DNA of 59,836 bases, counting the filler. It is 6 parts of 6 records of this genome, joined end to end, with 100 filler letters (N's around TTAATTAATTAA, not from the genome) between each part and the next. Parts side by side here need not be neighbours in the genome. Positions count along the whole stretch, not along the records: positions 40,230 to 53,394 come from SRR31147125_8540; positions 53,495 to 59,836 come from SRR31147125_8545; 4 more parts are not named here. One strand, 5' to 3'. The notes under the pieces are model-generated. The model was not told the DNA's origin, ran no database searches, and worked only from the letters and a program-made list of their open reading frames with translations. Within the stretch, counting starts at the first letter, position 1. Every line of letters begins with the position of its first letter. The translations under genes and the position numbers were made by a program. Shown here one piece after another: positions 41,865-53,652 of the stretch.

Positions 41865-44066
41865 TTAGTTTGAATGGTCTGAACGCAATACTTTATTAAT
41901 ACCAGGCATCTGGTTCAAGCGTACAATTAAGCCCTCCAAATGATTTTTATCCCGCACCATGACACTAATTTTTCCGAAAAATTCTTCATCTTTTGTATCA
42001 ATGTTAATAGAGCGCAGGGGCATTTTTAAATCGTTGGTAATTAATTCTGATATTTTATTGAAAATTCCAAATTCGTCGGCACCACTTATAATAATTTCTG
42101 CATTAAAAGATTTGGTTGTTTCTGTTCCTTTCCACTTGGCTTTCACAATTCTATAGCCATACTTAGAGCTCATCTGTGCAGCATTGGGGCAATTTACCCT
42201 GTGTATTTTTATTCCATCGCTTATAGTTACAAAACCAAAAATATTATCCCCAAAAACAGGATTACAACATTTGGATAACTTAAAATCAATATTGGCTAGT
42301 TTTTCATCAATAAGTAAAAAATCATCCTCTTCAGGTTTTGAAGTTTTAATTGTCTCTTCAAGTTGCTGCTCCTGTGTTATTTCTTGTTCTTTAGATTTTG
42401 TTTGTTCGGATTCTTCTGAAGTCAATATTACTTTAACATCGGTAATATCAATTATTTCGTTAGCAATACGGTAATAAAATTCTTGCGATGTATTGCATTT
42501 GAAATGTTTCATCAACTTATTGATGTTTTTATCTTCATAGCTGATTTTCCAATTCTTAAAACGTCTTTTAATTAAATCTTTGCCAATTTCAGCATCTCTT
42601 ACTTTTGCTGTGTTAATGGCAAGTTTTATTTTGTTTTTGGCTTTTGTTGTTGTTACATAATTAAGCCAGTCTAATTTTGGTTTTTGGTTTTTTGAAGTTT
42701 GGATTTCAATTTTCTCTCCATTTGCAAGTTTATGGCGTATAGATACATTTCGGCCATTAACTAAAGCCCCAATACAAGAAGAGCCAACTTCGGTGTGTAT
42801 ATCAAATGCAAAATCAAGAATACTGGCACCTTGTGGATATTTCTTTAGATCCCCTTTGGGTGTAAAAACAAATACTTCTTTATGGTAAAGACTTAATTTA
42901 AAATCATCAATGGCATCGTCTCCGTCTTTTTCCATGTTTTCCATTATGTCCCTGACTTTTGCCATCCATGAATCAACACCGTCTTGAGCCTTTTGTCCTT
43001 TATACTTCCAATGTGCTGCCAGCCCTTTTTCAGCAATTTCATTCATTCGAACCGTTCGAATTTGGATTTCGACCCATTGCCCTCCAGGAACCACAACAGT
43101 AGTATGCAATGATTCATAACCATTTGATTTAGGCATTGAAATCCAGTCCCTTAATCGCAAGGGGTTTGGCTGGTAAGATTCGGTGACAACAGAATAAACC
43201 TTCCAGCAATCCGCTTTTTCCTTTTCCGGTTCGCTGTCGAGAATAATTCTAATTGCAAATTTATCGTAGACCTCTTCAAAGGATACATTCGTCTTTTTCA
43301 TCTTTTGGTAAATAGATGAAATAGACTTAGGCCTTCCAAAAATTTCAAAATTTAGATTTTCTTCACTTAAACGTTTTTTAATCGGCCTTATGAAATCGGC
43401 AATAAATTTTTGTCTGGCCTTTGCCGTTTGATTTAATTTATTGGCTATATCCTTATAAGTCTCAAATTCTGTGAACTTTAAAGCAATGTCCTCCATCTCG
43501 GATTTTATCCTGTAAAGTCCTAATTTATGTCCCAATGGGGCATAAAGGTATAATGCCTCGTGCGATAATTTTATTTGTTCTTCTTCTGTTGTATGCTTCA
43601 GGCCCCGCATCTCTATTAACCTTTCGGCTAACTTAATCATCACAACCCGGATGTCGCTGGCAAGATTTAATAAAAAGCTCCTAAAACTCTCTGCCTGAGA
43701 CCTTGATGTGTTAGTCCCGAAATTAGCTATGTTTACGAGCCCATTAAAAAGTTTATACGATTCATCATTAAACTGGGTCTTAACTTCTTCATCATTTGTA
43801 AGTTGATGTTTATATAAAATAAACAAAACCGCTGCGGCAAAGGAGTTTAACCCAAGTCCTACATCATTATAACATGTCGTTCCAACTGCTAAAGAATCAT
43901 CTAAAATCTTAGATGCAGTTTCTTCTTCCAGATGCCCACATTTGTTTTCAATAAAATCGAGTAATTTTGAAATATCGTTTGTTTCACTCTCAAGCATTGC
44001 TTCCTGAAGCAGGAGTAAAACATCGGAACGAAATTTTGTTATATGTTGGGTTAATATATTATCCAT
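41865..44066 (-). CDS. relA: RelA/SpoT (p)ppGpp synthetase with degenerate hydrolase domain, TGS and ACT
   Basis: YAPLGHKLG, GRPKSISSI, PKSNGYESLHT, EIQIRT, AAHWKYK, VFTPKG, CCNP; HD motif replaced (AAAVLFIL). Confidence 0.92.
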   Translation of the reverse strand: MDNILTQHITKFRSDVLLLLQEAMLESETNDISKLLDFIENKCGHLEEETASKILDDSLAVGTTCYNDVGLGLNSFAAAVLFILYKHQLTNDEEVKTQFNDESYKLFNGLVNIANFGTNTSRSQAESFRSFLLNLASDIRVVMIKLAERLIEMRGLKHTTEEEQIKLSHEALYLYAPLGHKLGLYRIKSEMEDIALKFTEFETYKDIANKLNQTAKARQKFIADFIRPIKKRLSEENLNFEIFGRPKSISSIYQKMKKTNVSFEEVYDKFAIRIILDSEPEKEKADCWKVYSVVTESYQPNPLRLRDWISMPKSNGYESLHTTVVVPGGQWVEIQIRTVRMNEIAEKGLAAHWKYKGQKAQDGVDSWMAKVRDIMENMEKDGDDAIDDFKLSLYHKEVFVFTPKGDLKKYPQGASILDFAFDIHTEVGSSCIGALVNGRNVSIRHKLANGEKIEIQTSKNQKPKLDWLNYVTTTKAKNKIKLAINTAKVRDAEIGKDLIKRRFKNWKISYEDKNINKLMKHFKCNTSQEFYYRIANEIIDITDVKVILTSEESEQTKSKEQEITQEQQLEETIKTSKPEEDDFLLIDEKLANIDFKLSKCCNPVFGDNIFGFVTISDGIKIHRVNCPNAAQMSSKYGYRIVKAKWKGTETTKSFNAEIIISGADEFGIFNKISELITNDLKMPLRSINIDTKDEEFFGKISVMVRDKNHLEGLIVRLNQMPGINKVLRSDHSN

Positions 44067-44072
44067 ATCATG

Positions 44073-44080
44073 CAAAGTTA
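44073..44080 (-). promoter_or_regulatory. Bacteroidota -7 promoter element for relA
   Basis: TAACTTTG on the minus strand, 6 nt before ATG 44066. Confidence 0.6.
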
Positions 44081-44132
44081 AGTATTTTAAAAGAAGAAAA
44101 ATTTAGATCAACTTGGCGTAAGCACTAATTAA

Positions 44133-46136
<2,004 letters not shown>

Positions 46137-46143
46137 CATGAAA

Positions 46144-46176
46144 TTTGCATATATCAATTAACTTCTCTTATTTTTG
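46144..46176 (+). promoter_or_regulatory. Bacteroidota sigma-A promoter (-33/-7)
   Basis: TTTG-N21-TATTTTTG. Confidence 0.7.
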
Positions 46177-46221
46177 CAGTTCGAACTAAACTCTGTCTTC
46201 CTAAGATTTAAAAACAAATAA

Positions 46222-46872
46222 ATGGGCAACGAATCAAATTTGCGGACACGGATAGGAGAATACCTCTTAAATCGTGAATTAAAAAAGAACAAACGCACTC
46301 CGGTTGTTTGTAATATAAATAAAGCCAAAAAGGTTGGTGTATTATTTAATGCCAGCTTATCAATTAATTTCGAGATAATTAAAAACTTCGTAAAAGACAT
46401 TTCTAAAAAAGGTGTGGAGGTTAATGCTTTTGGTTATATCGACAATAAATCTCTCATAGACAGCTACCTGCACAGAAAAGGATTTGGATTTTTTACAGGA
46501 AAGAATCTTAATTTTTTCTACAAGCCAAAAGGTGAGAAAATTGAGGCATTCATTAATACTGATTTCGATTTGTTAATTAACCTTAGCCTTGATAAATATT
46601 TACCAATTGATTATGTTACCGGACTATCCAAAGCAAAATTTAAGGTTGGTAAGTTTATTGAAAAAACTACTCCATTAGATTTTATGATTGATACACATAA
46701 AGAAATGGACACGTTAAAAAAGGTAAAAAAAGAAGTTGAATCAAAAGGTGCTAATCGCAAGAAATCGAACGATTTAGACACTGAAATGGATAAAAAAGCC
46801 AGGAACGAAATACAATTAAACTTCTTAATTAATCAAATCATTCACTATCTTTCCATCTTAAATAATAATTAA
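46222..46872 (+). CDS. Conserved Bacteroidota protein upstream of dapA (DUF6913-like)
   Basis: FDLLINL, SKAKFKVG, DFMI motifs; ligA-X-dapA context. Confidence 0.7.
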   Translation: MGNESNLRTRIGEYLLNRELKKNKRTPVVCNINKAKKVGVLFNASLSINFEIIKNFVKDISKKGVEVNAFGYIDNKSLIDSYLHRKGFGFFTGKNLNFFYKPKGEKIEAFINTDFDLLINLSLDKYLPIDYVTGLSKAKFKVGKFIEKTTPLDFMIDTHKEMDTLKKVKKEVESKGANRKKSNDLDTEMDKKARNEIQLNFLINQIIHYLSILNNN

Positions 46873-46881
46873 AATTTCTTT

Positions 46882-47754
46882 ATGGATTTAAAAGGAACAG
46901 GTACCGCAATTGTCACACCTTTCAACGAAGATAATAGTATTGATTTTAATTCACTTGGTAAAATAGTTGATTTTCATATCGATAACGGAATCAATTATAT
47001 TGTTGCTCTTGGAACTACTGGTGAGTCGGTTACTTTATCAAATGAAGAAAAAAAGGAAGTAACCAAATTTATTGTTGACAAGGTTAATAAGCGTGTTCCT
47101 ATAGTTCTCGGTATTGGAGGAAACAATACTGCTGCTGTTGTAAATTCTATAAAAAATACAGATTTAACAGGTATTGATGCAATACTATCGGTTTCTCCTT
47201 ACTATAACAAACCATCTCAAGAAGGTATTTATCAACATTATAAAGAAATTGCTCTAGCAAGTCCCCTCGATGTTATTTTGTACAATGTACCAGGAAGAAC
47301 ATCTTCTAACATTAGCGCGGAAACAACATTAAAACTTGCTAATGATTTTAAAAATATTGTAGCTACGAAAGAAGCTTCGGGAGATTTTACTCAAATAATG
47401 CAAATTATCAAGAACAAACCTGATAATTTCAAAGTCTTATCTGGTGATGATGCACTTGCTTTACCCATGATATGCCTTGGAGGAGAAGGTGTGATTTCTG
47501 TTATTGCCAATGCCTTTCCAAAAGAATTTTCAAGTTTAATAAATGCCGCTCTTAATGGTGATTTTAATACGGCTAATACATATCAATATAAGCTTTTAGA
47601 TATAATACAAGCTTTATTCGAAGAAGGCAGCCCAACAGGTATTAAAGCCGTTCTGGAAATGTTAGGCCATTCAAAAAATGTAGTTAGGTTACCAGTTGTA
47701 AAAGCAACAGATAATCTTTACAATAAATTGAAAGACCTAATAAAAACTGTTTAG
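46882..47754 (+). CDS. dapA: 4-hydroxy-tetrahydrodipicolinate synthase
   Basis: GTTGES, PYYNKP, LYNVPGRT, KEASG, SGDD. Confidence 0.97.
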   Translation: MDLKGTGTAIVTPFNEDNSIDFNSLGKIVDFHIDNGINYIVALGTTGESVTLSNEEKKEVTKFIVDKVNKRVPIVLGIGGNNTAAVVNSIKNTDLTGIDAILSVSPYYNKPSQEGIYQHYKEIALASPLDVILYNVPGRTSSNISAETTLKLANDFKNIVATKEASGDFTQIMQIIKNKPDNFKVLSGDDALALPMICLGGEGVISVIANAFPKEFSSLINAALNGDFNTANTYQYKLLDIIQALFEEGSPTGIKAVLEMLGHSKNVVRLPVVKATDNLYNKLKDLIKTV

Positions 47755-47834
47755 CTATTAACCCTTTACGTTAATTTATTTCTGTTTAGTTTTTTATGCT
47801 GAATTCTATATTTTAGCATAAAAAATTCTAAAAC

Positions 47835-49784
47835 ATGGAAATAGATTTGCTCAAATCAAGAATTGTAGAGCTTGAAAACGAAGTCTCCAGGTTAAAAAAA
47901 GAAAATTCTGACTTAAAAATAAAAGCCGATTATTTTGATGAACAACTAAAGCATTCTAAGAATCTTCTTTACCGGTTTGATGTTACCAAACAGCAATATG
48001 ATTATTTGAGTGATTACGCTGAAGTAGTTACTGGAATTTCTATAAATGAATTTGCACAAAAATCAGAAGCAGATGCATTTAATGAGACCCACCCGGACGA
48101 TCTGGAAGGTTTAAAAAAAGAAATTGAAGCTTTATATAAACAAAATAGCCAAACACCCTATAAATCATTAAAATATAGAAGAAAAGTAAATGATGGTTAT
48201 ATTTGGGTTAGGGATGATATTAATGCCTTAAAAAACAAAAAAGGTGAAATCTCAACTTTTTTAGGTACAGCAACTAATATTACAAAAGAAAAAGAAGTTG
48301 AAGATAAGTTATACGAAGAAAAACTGCTTAGCCAGGAGATTATAGATAGTAGCCCAAACATTATTTATGTAAAAGACACCAATGGTAAGTTTACACTTAT
48401 CAATAAAGCAATGGCCGATTTATTTGAAGAAAATAGGGATGCTTTATTAAAAAGATTAAACTCTGATTATGATAGCTTTGAATATGAATGTGACTTTCTC
48501 GACAAATATGAAAATGATGTTATAACATCAGGAGATTCAGTAGTTCTAAATGAACGATTTACATCTCCAAGCGGCAAAAAATATTGGTTACATACCATTA
48601 AAGCGTTACTTACACTAAACAATAAAAAATACTTGCTTGTAAATTCTACAGACTTAACACAATTAAGAGAATCGGAAATTAAGTTGCGCAATAACGAGTT
48701 GATTTTCAAAGGAATAATCAATGCAACTAAAGATTTAATTTTTTTAATTGACAAAGATTTAAGGGTAATTACTGCTAACCAAAGTGCGGCATTATTATCT
48801 GGATATGACATTGATCATATGATTGGAAAAGACGCTATTGAATTATTCGGAGAAGAACTCGGAAATCCAAGAAAAGAGCTATCACTAAAAGTTTTGGAAA
48901 CAAAACAGATGCAACGGAAAGAAGAACACTTTAATGGTATTTATGTAGAAATGGCCATGTACCCTATCCTCGATGAATGTGATGAAGTATCACAAATTGT
49001 AATCATGGTTAAAGATATTACACCATTAAAAAAGGCTGCATTAGAAACCGGAAAAGCATTAGAAAAAGAGATAGAACTCAGTGAATTAAAGTCTAGTGTT
49101 TTATCAACTGTTTCGCATGAATTTAGGACTCCACTTGCCATTATTTTATCTAATGTTCAACAAATAAAAAAATATAGGGAGAAACTAAAACCAAATGAAT
49201 TAAATAAACGCACATATTTAATTGAGAACTCAATTAAACACATGAACTATATGCTAAACAATATTTCGGTATTGGATAAATCTGACAGGGATTTACTTTA
49301 TTTTTCTCCTGGTGAGGTAAAAATAAAATTGTTAACAAACCAATTGGTTCAGGAAGTTAATTCATTATTTAACGAATCAGATAGAATTGAGGTAGAATTC
49401 AGTAATGTTCTTGATTTTATTATTGTTGATGAATCTTTAATTAGGCATATATTACTAAATCTATTATCAAATGCATTAAAATACTCAAATGGAAATAAGA
49501 CGGTTGAGTTATCTGTATCAACCATTCAAAATAATCTATTTTTCAAAATTAAAGATTACGGAATTGGGATTAATGATAATGACCTAAAAAACATATGGGA
49601 ACCGTTTTATCGAGGAAGCAATGTCAGCAATATAAAAGGCACGGGCTTAGGCGCTACTATTGTTAAAAAATGTGTCGAACTTCATGAAGGCATCATAAAA
49701 ATTGATAGCAAACAAAACTCAGGAACTGTAATCGAGTTGTTCCTTCCTTATAATACGAATGTGCAACAAATTAATAGAAATTAA
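47835..49784 (+). CDS. Cytoplasmic triple-PAS sensor histidine kinase
   Basis: HPDD and other PAS motifs; SHEFRTPL; NALKYS; GTGLG; no TM. Confidence 0.93.
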   Translation: MEIDLLKSRIVELENEVSRLKKENSDLKIKADYFDEQLKHSKNLLYRFDVTKQQYDYLSDYAEVVTGISINEFAQKSEADAFNETHPDDLEGLKKEIEALYKQNSQTPYKSLKYRRKVNDGYIWVRDDINALKNKKGEISTFLGTATNITKEKEVEDKLYEEKLLSQEIIDSSPNIIYVKDTNGKFTLINKAMADLFEENRDALLKRLNSDYDSFEYECDFLDKYENDVITSGDSVVLNERFTSPSGKKYWLHTIKALLTLNNKKYLLVNSTDLTQLRESEIKLRNNELIFKGIINATKDLIFLIDKDLRVITANQSAALLSGYDIDHMIGKDAIELFGEELGNPRKELSLKVLETKQMQRKEEHFNGIYVEMAMYPILDECDEVSQIVIMVKDITPLKKAALETGKALEKEIELSELKSSVLSTVSHEFRTPLAIILSNVQQIKKYREKLKPNELNKRTYLIENSIKHMNYMLNNISVLDKSDRDLLYFSPGEVKIKLLTNQLVQEVNSLFNESDRIEVEFSNVLDFIIVDESLIRHILLNLLSNALKYSNGNKTVELSVSTIQNNLFFKIKDYGIGINDNDLKNIWEPFYRGSNVSNIKGTGLGATIVKKCVELHEGIIKIDSKQNSGTVIELFLPYNTNVQQINRN

Positions 49785-49820
49785 ACAGTGGTCTTACTTC
49801 CAATATAATAAAAACAACAT

Positions 49821-50440
49821 ATGCCGAAAATACTTATCATAGAAGACGAACTGGCTCTGCATGAAACTATTGGCAACCTGCTTAAATTAGAAGGATATAA
49901 TATCTTATCAGCAACTAATGGCAATGATGGAATCAAGTTGGCAAAAAAGCATTTGCCCGATTTAATTCTCTGCGATATTATGATGCCTGAAAAAGATGGC
50001 ATTGATGTAATTAACGAATTACACACTAATAAAAAAACCAAGTTAATTCCTTTTATTTTTCTAACAGCTAAGGCAGAGTTGAAAGATATAAGAAAAGGAA
50101 TGCTTTCCGGAGCCGATGATTATATTACCAAACCTTTTAACAACGAAGAACTTTTGCGTACAATTGAGGTTCGGTTAGAAAAACATAAAAATCTTACATC
50201 AACAGTAAAATCAAAAAAAGAAATAAGTAGTAAAAACGAAGAACTTGTAAATAAGCTAACAAAAAGAGAGCGTGAGATTATTAAATATTTTTGTAAAGGT
50301 TTATCTTGTAAAGAAATTAGCAAAGAATTGATAATAAGTTTTCATACAGTAGATTCTCACAGAAAAAACATTGAAAAAAATTGAAAGTAAACAGTATATC
50401 ATCGGTAGTTCACTTTGCACATGAGAATAATCTGCAATAA
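49821..50440 (+). pseudogene. REC + LuxR-HTH response regulator with frameshift in an A7 run (50374-50380)
   Basis: ORF stops at HRKNIEKN*; one extra A restores KKLKVNSISSVVHFAHENNLQ* ending at 50440, the usual LuxR C-terminus. Confidence 0.88.
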
Positions 50441-50490
50441 CGAAACTATTTGGCATATATCTTGTAAAAGCAGAGAAAATTTAAAAACTC

Positions 50491-51090
50491 ATGAATATGA
50501 AAAACATAATAAATCTCTCTTTAATTGTAATGTCAATTGCAATATTAGGTTCTTGTTCTTCACAAAGAAAAGTTACCCGCATCTCCCCTGATGAACAAAT
50601 AGATTTAAGCGGTAGGTGGAACGACACAGATTCAAGAATGGTTGCTGAAGATCTTACTGACCAGGTTCTTAATCAAAAATGGCTACCTCGTTTTGAGCAA
50701 GAAAATAACGGTCAACGCCCTGTGTTAATTGTAGGTCTAATTAGAAATAAAAGCCACGAACATATTGACTCAGAAACTTTTATTAAAGATATTGAGCGTT
50801 CTATAATCAATAATGGATCTGTACGGTTAGTACAGGCAGGCGATAAGAGAGAAGAACTTAGAGGTGAACGTGCCGACCAACAAAATTTCTCTTCTGCTGC
50901 AACAGCTAAAAAATGGGGAATGGAATTAGGTGCCGATTATATGATGCAGGGTTCAATCAATTCTATTGTTGATGAATACCAAAGACAAAAAACTGTTACA
51001 TATCAAATAAATTTAGAGCTTACACATTTGGAAACAAACGAAATTGTTTGGATTGGCGATAAAAAAATTAAAAAGCTGATAACAGACTAA
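50491..51090 (+). CDS. Penicillin-binding protein activator LpoB-like lipoprotein
   Basis: Lipobox LGSC; DLSGRWNDTD, NKSHEHID, GADYM, EIVW. Confidence 0.85.
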   Translation: MNMKNIINLSLIVMSIAILGSCSSQRKVTRISPDEQIDLSGRWNDTDSRMVAEDLTDQVLNQKWLPRFEQENNGQRPVLIVGLIRNKSHEHIDSETFIKDIERSIINNGSVRLVQAGDKREELRGERADQQNFSSAATAKKWGMELGADYMMQGSINSIVDEYQRQKTVTYQINLELTHLETNEIVWIGDKKIKKLITD

Positions 51091-51103
51091 TTCCGAAATT
51101 CTA

Positions 51104-51136
51104 CTAATCAGGCAGTTAATGCCTGATAGATTTTTT
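51104..51136 (+). terminator. Intrinsic terminator after lpoB-like gene
   Basis: ATCAGGCA-GTTAA-TGCCTGAT then T6. Confidence 0.75.
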
Positions 51137-51157
51137 GTAATTGTAACAATTTTACGA

Positions 51158-52594
51158 ATGTTTCCTTTATTAAAATATAAGAAGCTCAGCTCATTCCCTG
51201 TCAAATTGAGTCTTCTGTTCTTTATTTTCTTTTTATCATCTTGCGCAACCTATTACATGAAAACAATAAAGTTTCAAGAACAGGTTCAGCAAGGAAATTT
51301 TGATAAAGCCGAGAAAATATTGAGCGAAGATAAAAGAGGGCCAGAAGGCAGGAACAAAATTCTACATTTTCTTAACCTTGGATATGTATCCTGGATAAAA
51401 GGTGAATATGAAAAGAGTAACCAAAACTTTGCAAAAGCAGATCAGTATATTGAAGATCAATCAAAAAACTATGGTAGGGAAGCATTGGCAGTCATTACAA
51501 ATCAATCTGTAAAAGAATATCAACCAGAAGATTTTGAAAAAGTTACCCTTAATTACTACAAAGCATTAAATTATCTTCATTTGAATGATTATGATGCTGC
51601 TTTGGTAGAATGCCGAAAAATAAACAATAAGCTTAACTCGCTAAACGACAAATACAAAGACCATAAAAATAAATATCAGCGCGATGCTTTTTCCCATACC
51701 ATGATGGGCTTGATCTACGAAGCCAACCGGGATTACAACAACGCATTTATTGCTTACAGAAATGCATACGAAGTTTACAAAGAAGATTATGTTGAGTATT
51801 TTGGATTGGGTGCACCTGAGCAATTAAAAAAAGATATTCTTAGAACAGCTTATTTAACTGGTTTTTACGAAGAAGTTCGGTTATACGAAAAAGAATTTGG
51901 AATTAAGTATGAACATAAACCATCCAATGAACCTGAACTCATTTTCTTCTGGTTGAATGGTTTTGGCCCGGTAAAATCTGAATGGAGCATTAATTTCACT
52001 CATATTAAAGGTGAAGAAGGGTGGGCAACCTTTGCCAATGAAGAATTAGGTATAAGCGTACCTATTTATATAGGTGATAAAAATAATGATGAAAAAAATG
52101 CATTTAATAATTTGCGATTTTTCCGAGTAGCATTCCCAAAATATACAGTTCGTGAACCTGTTTATTATGATGCTTTTGTATACACAGCTAATCAACATTA
52201 TACGTTTGAAATGGCACAAAACATAAATGAAATAGCATTTAAAACACTGCAAGACAGAATGCTTCGCGAAGCAGCAACCGCTGCACTGCGTGTTGCAACT
52301 AAAAAAGCTTTAGAAGCGCTTGCTTCAAAAGAAGACAAAGGACTGGGAACCGTTGTTAGCATTACCAATGCCATCACAGAAAAGGCGGATACACGAAATT
52401 GGCAAACACTTCCCTACTCTATTTCTTATTCGAGAATCCCATTAAAAAATGGGGCAAACAACCTAAACTTTGAGCTGCGGGGAGATAATGGAATGGCACA
52501 TACAAATAATATTGAAATCAACGCCGATGCAAATAAAATCTACTTTTATTCGTTCCATAGTATTGATAGCTATCCGCCTGTGATTGGGTATTAG
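51158..52594 (+). CDS. COG3014-like TPR lipoprotein
   Basis: Lipobox LSSC; YQPEDFE..LNYYKALNYL; ADTRNWQTLP; track start 51119 lies inside the terminator. Confidence 0.8.
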   Translation: MFPLLKYKKLSSFPVKLSLLFFIFFLSSCATYYMKTIKFQEQVQQGNFDKAEKILSEDKRGPEGRNKILHFLNLGYVSWIKGEYEKSNQNFAKADQYIEDQSKNYGREALAVITNQSVKEYQPEDFEKVTLNYYKALNYLHLNDYDAALVECRKINNKLNSLNDKYKDHKNKYQRDAFSHTMMGLIYEANRDYNNAFIAYRNAYEVYKEDYVEYFGLGAPEQLKKDILRTAYLTGFYEEVRLYEKEFGIKYEHKPSNEPELIFFWLNGFGPVKSEWSINFTHIKGEEGWATFANEELGISVPIYIGDKNNDEKNAFNNLRFFRVAFPKYTVREPVYYDAFVYTANQHYTFEMAQNINEIAFKTLQDRMLREAATAALRVATKKALEALASKEDKGLGTVVSITNAITEKADTRNWQTLPYSISYSRIPLKNGANNLNFELRGDNGMAHTNNIEINADANKIYFYSFHSIDSYPPVIGY

Positions 52595-52714
52595 TTATTT
52601 AAATGTAAAAATTATTTCTATGCAATAATCGTAGCATCCACTACATTTTTTTTCCAGTAGCATCAGCTGCTTGCTGTAAGACAGGTTTTGCACAAAACAA
52701 AAAACTTATTGGCA

Positions 52715-53125
52715 TCACCCATAAACCGTCAACACCACTCTCCTATTTCCACCATAATTTCTAAACTCACACAAATAGATTCCTTGCCAGGTTCCAAGGT
52801 TCAATCTATAGTCTGTAATGGGGATGGTTAACGATTGTCCGAAAATTGAGGACTTAATATGGGCTGGCATATCATCAGCACCTTCCAAAGTATGTACAAA
52901 ATAGGGTTCGTTTTCAGGAACCATTCTATCTATAAAACTATTAAAGTCGGTTCTAACTGATGGATCTGCATTTTCATTTATGGTTAACCCTGCCGAAGTA
53001 TGCTTAATTAAAATGTTTAGCAGCCCCTTCTCAGGTAATTCATCAAGCTGTTGTTCAATGAGATGTGTTATTAAATGAAATCCTCTTTTAAAACCAGTAA
53101 GTGAAATCTCTTTTTGATATACCAT
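52715..53125 (-). CDS. yjbQ: YjbQ/UPF0047 family protein
   Basis: HTSAGLTINENADPSV, DMPAHIKS, LGTWQGIYLCE. Confidence 0.93.
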   Translation of the reverse strand: MVYQKEISLTGFKRGFHLITHLIEQQLDELPEKGLLNILIKHTSAGLTINENADPSVRTDFNSFIDRMVPENEPYFVHTLEGADDMPAHIKSSIFGQSLTIPITDYRLNLGTWQGIYLCEFRNYGGNRRVVLTVYG

Positions 53126-53245
53126 AATTCCTGTTTTGTATGCTTTTTGTTATTGTCTCAATTGTAAAAATGCAAAACTATAATAAATCGTTCTTATCAC
53201 TCATCAAACTTTCTATATTTCCGAAATGTTGTATTTTTGAGGCTT

Positions 53246-53394
53246 ATGATAAATCTATCTCTAAAAAATATATTTCTTGCAATTTTCATTTTGTTCACTA
53301 CTCAATCATTAATTGCACAAGAAGATAAAAAGACAGAAAAAGTAAACGAAAAAGATCTTGTTCAACTTTCTGGAATTGTAAAAGATGAATTCGA
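53246..53394 (+). CDS. Secreted protein start, probably carboxypeptidase-like regulatory domain; truncated
   Basis: Signal peptide ending AQ; LVQLSGIVKD. Confidence 0.55.
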
Positions 53395-53494
53395 NNNNNN
53401 NNNNNNNNNNNNNNNNNNNNNNNNNNNNNNNNNNNNNNTTAATTAATTAANNNNNNNNNNNNNNNNNNNNNNNNNNNNNNNNNNNNNNNNNNNN
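53395..53494. other. Artificial contig linker
   Basis: N44-TTAATTAATTAA-N44. Confidence 0.99.
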
Positions 53495-53516
53495 AAAAAT
53501 TAGACATCAATCCAAA

Positions 53517-53550
53517 TTCATGCATGAAATGTATGATTTGACTGTATAAT
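53517..53550 (+). promoter_or_regulatory. Putative promoter with palindromic operator over the -35 region
   Basis: Perfect palindrome TTCATGCATGAA (53517-53528) and TATAAT (53545-53550). Confidence 0.5.
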
Positions 53551-53652
53551 TATCCTGTCAGGAAACAGAATTATGCTGAAAAAAAATAAAAGCAATACTT
53601 ACGGAGGGGAGGATACTCCCTCTCCTTCAAAAAAAGCCCCAAAATAGCCTAT

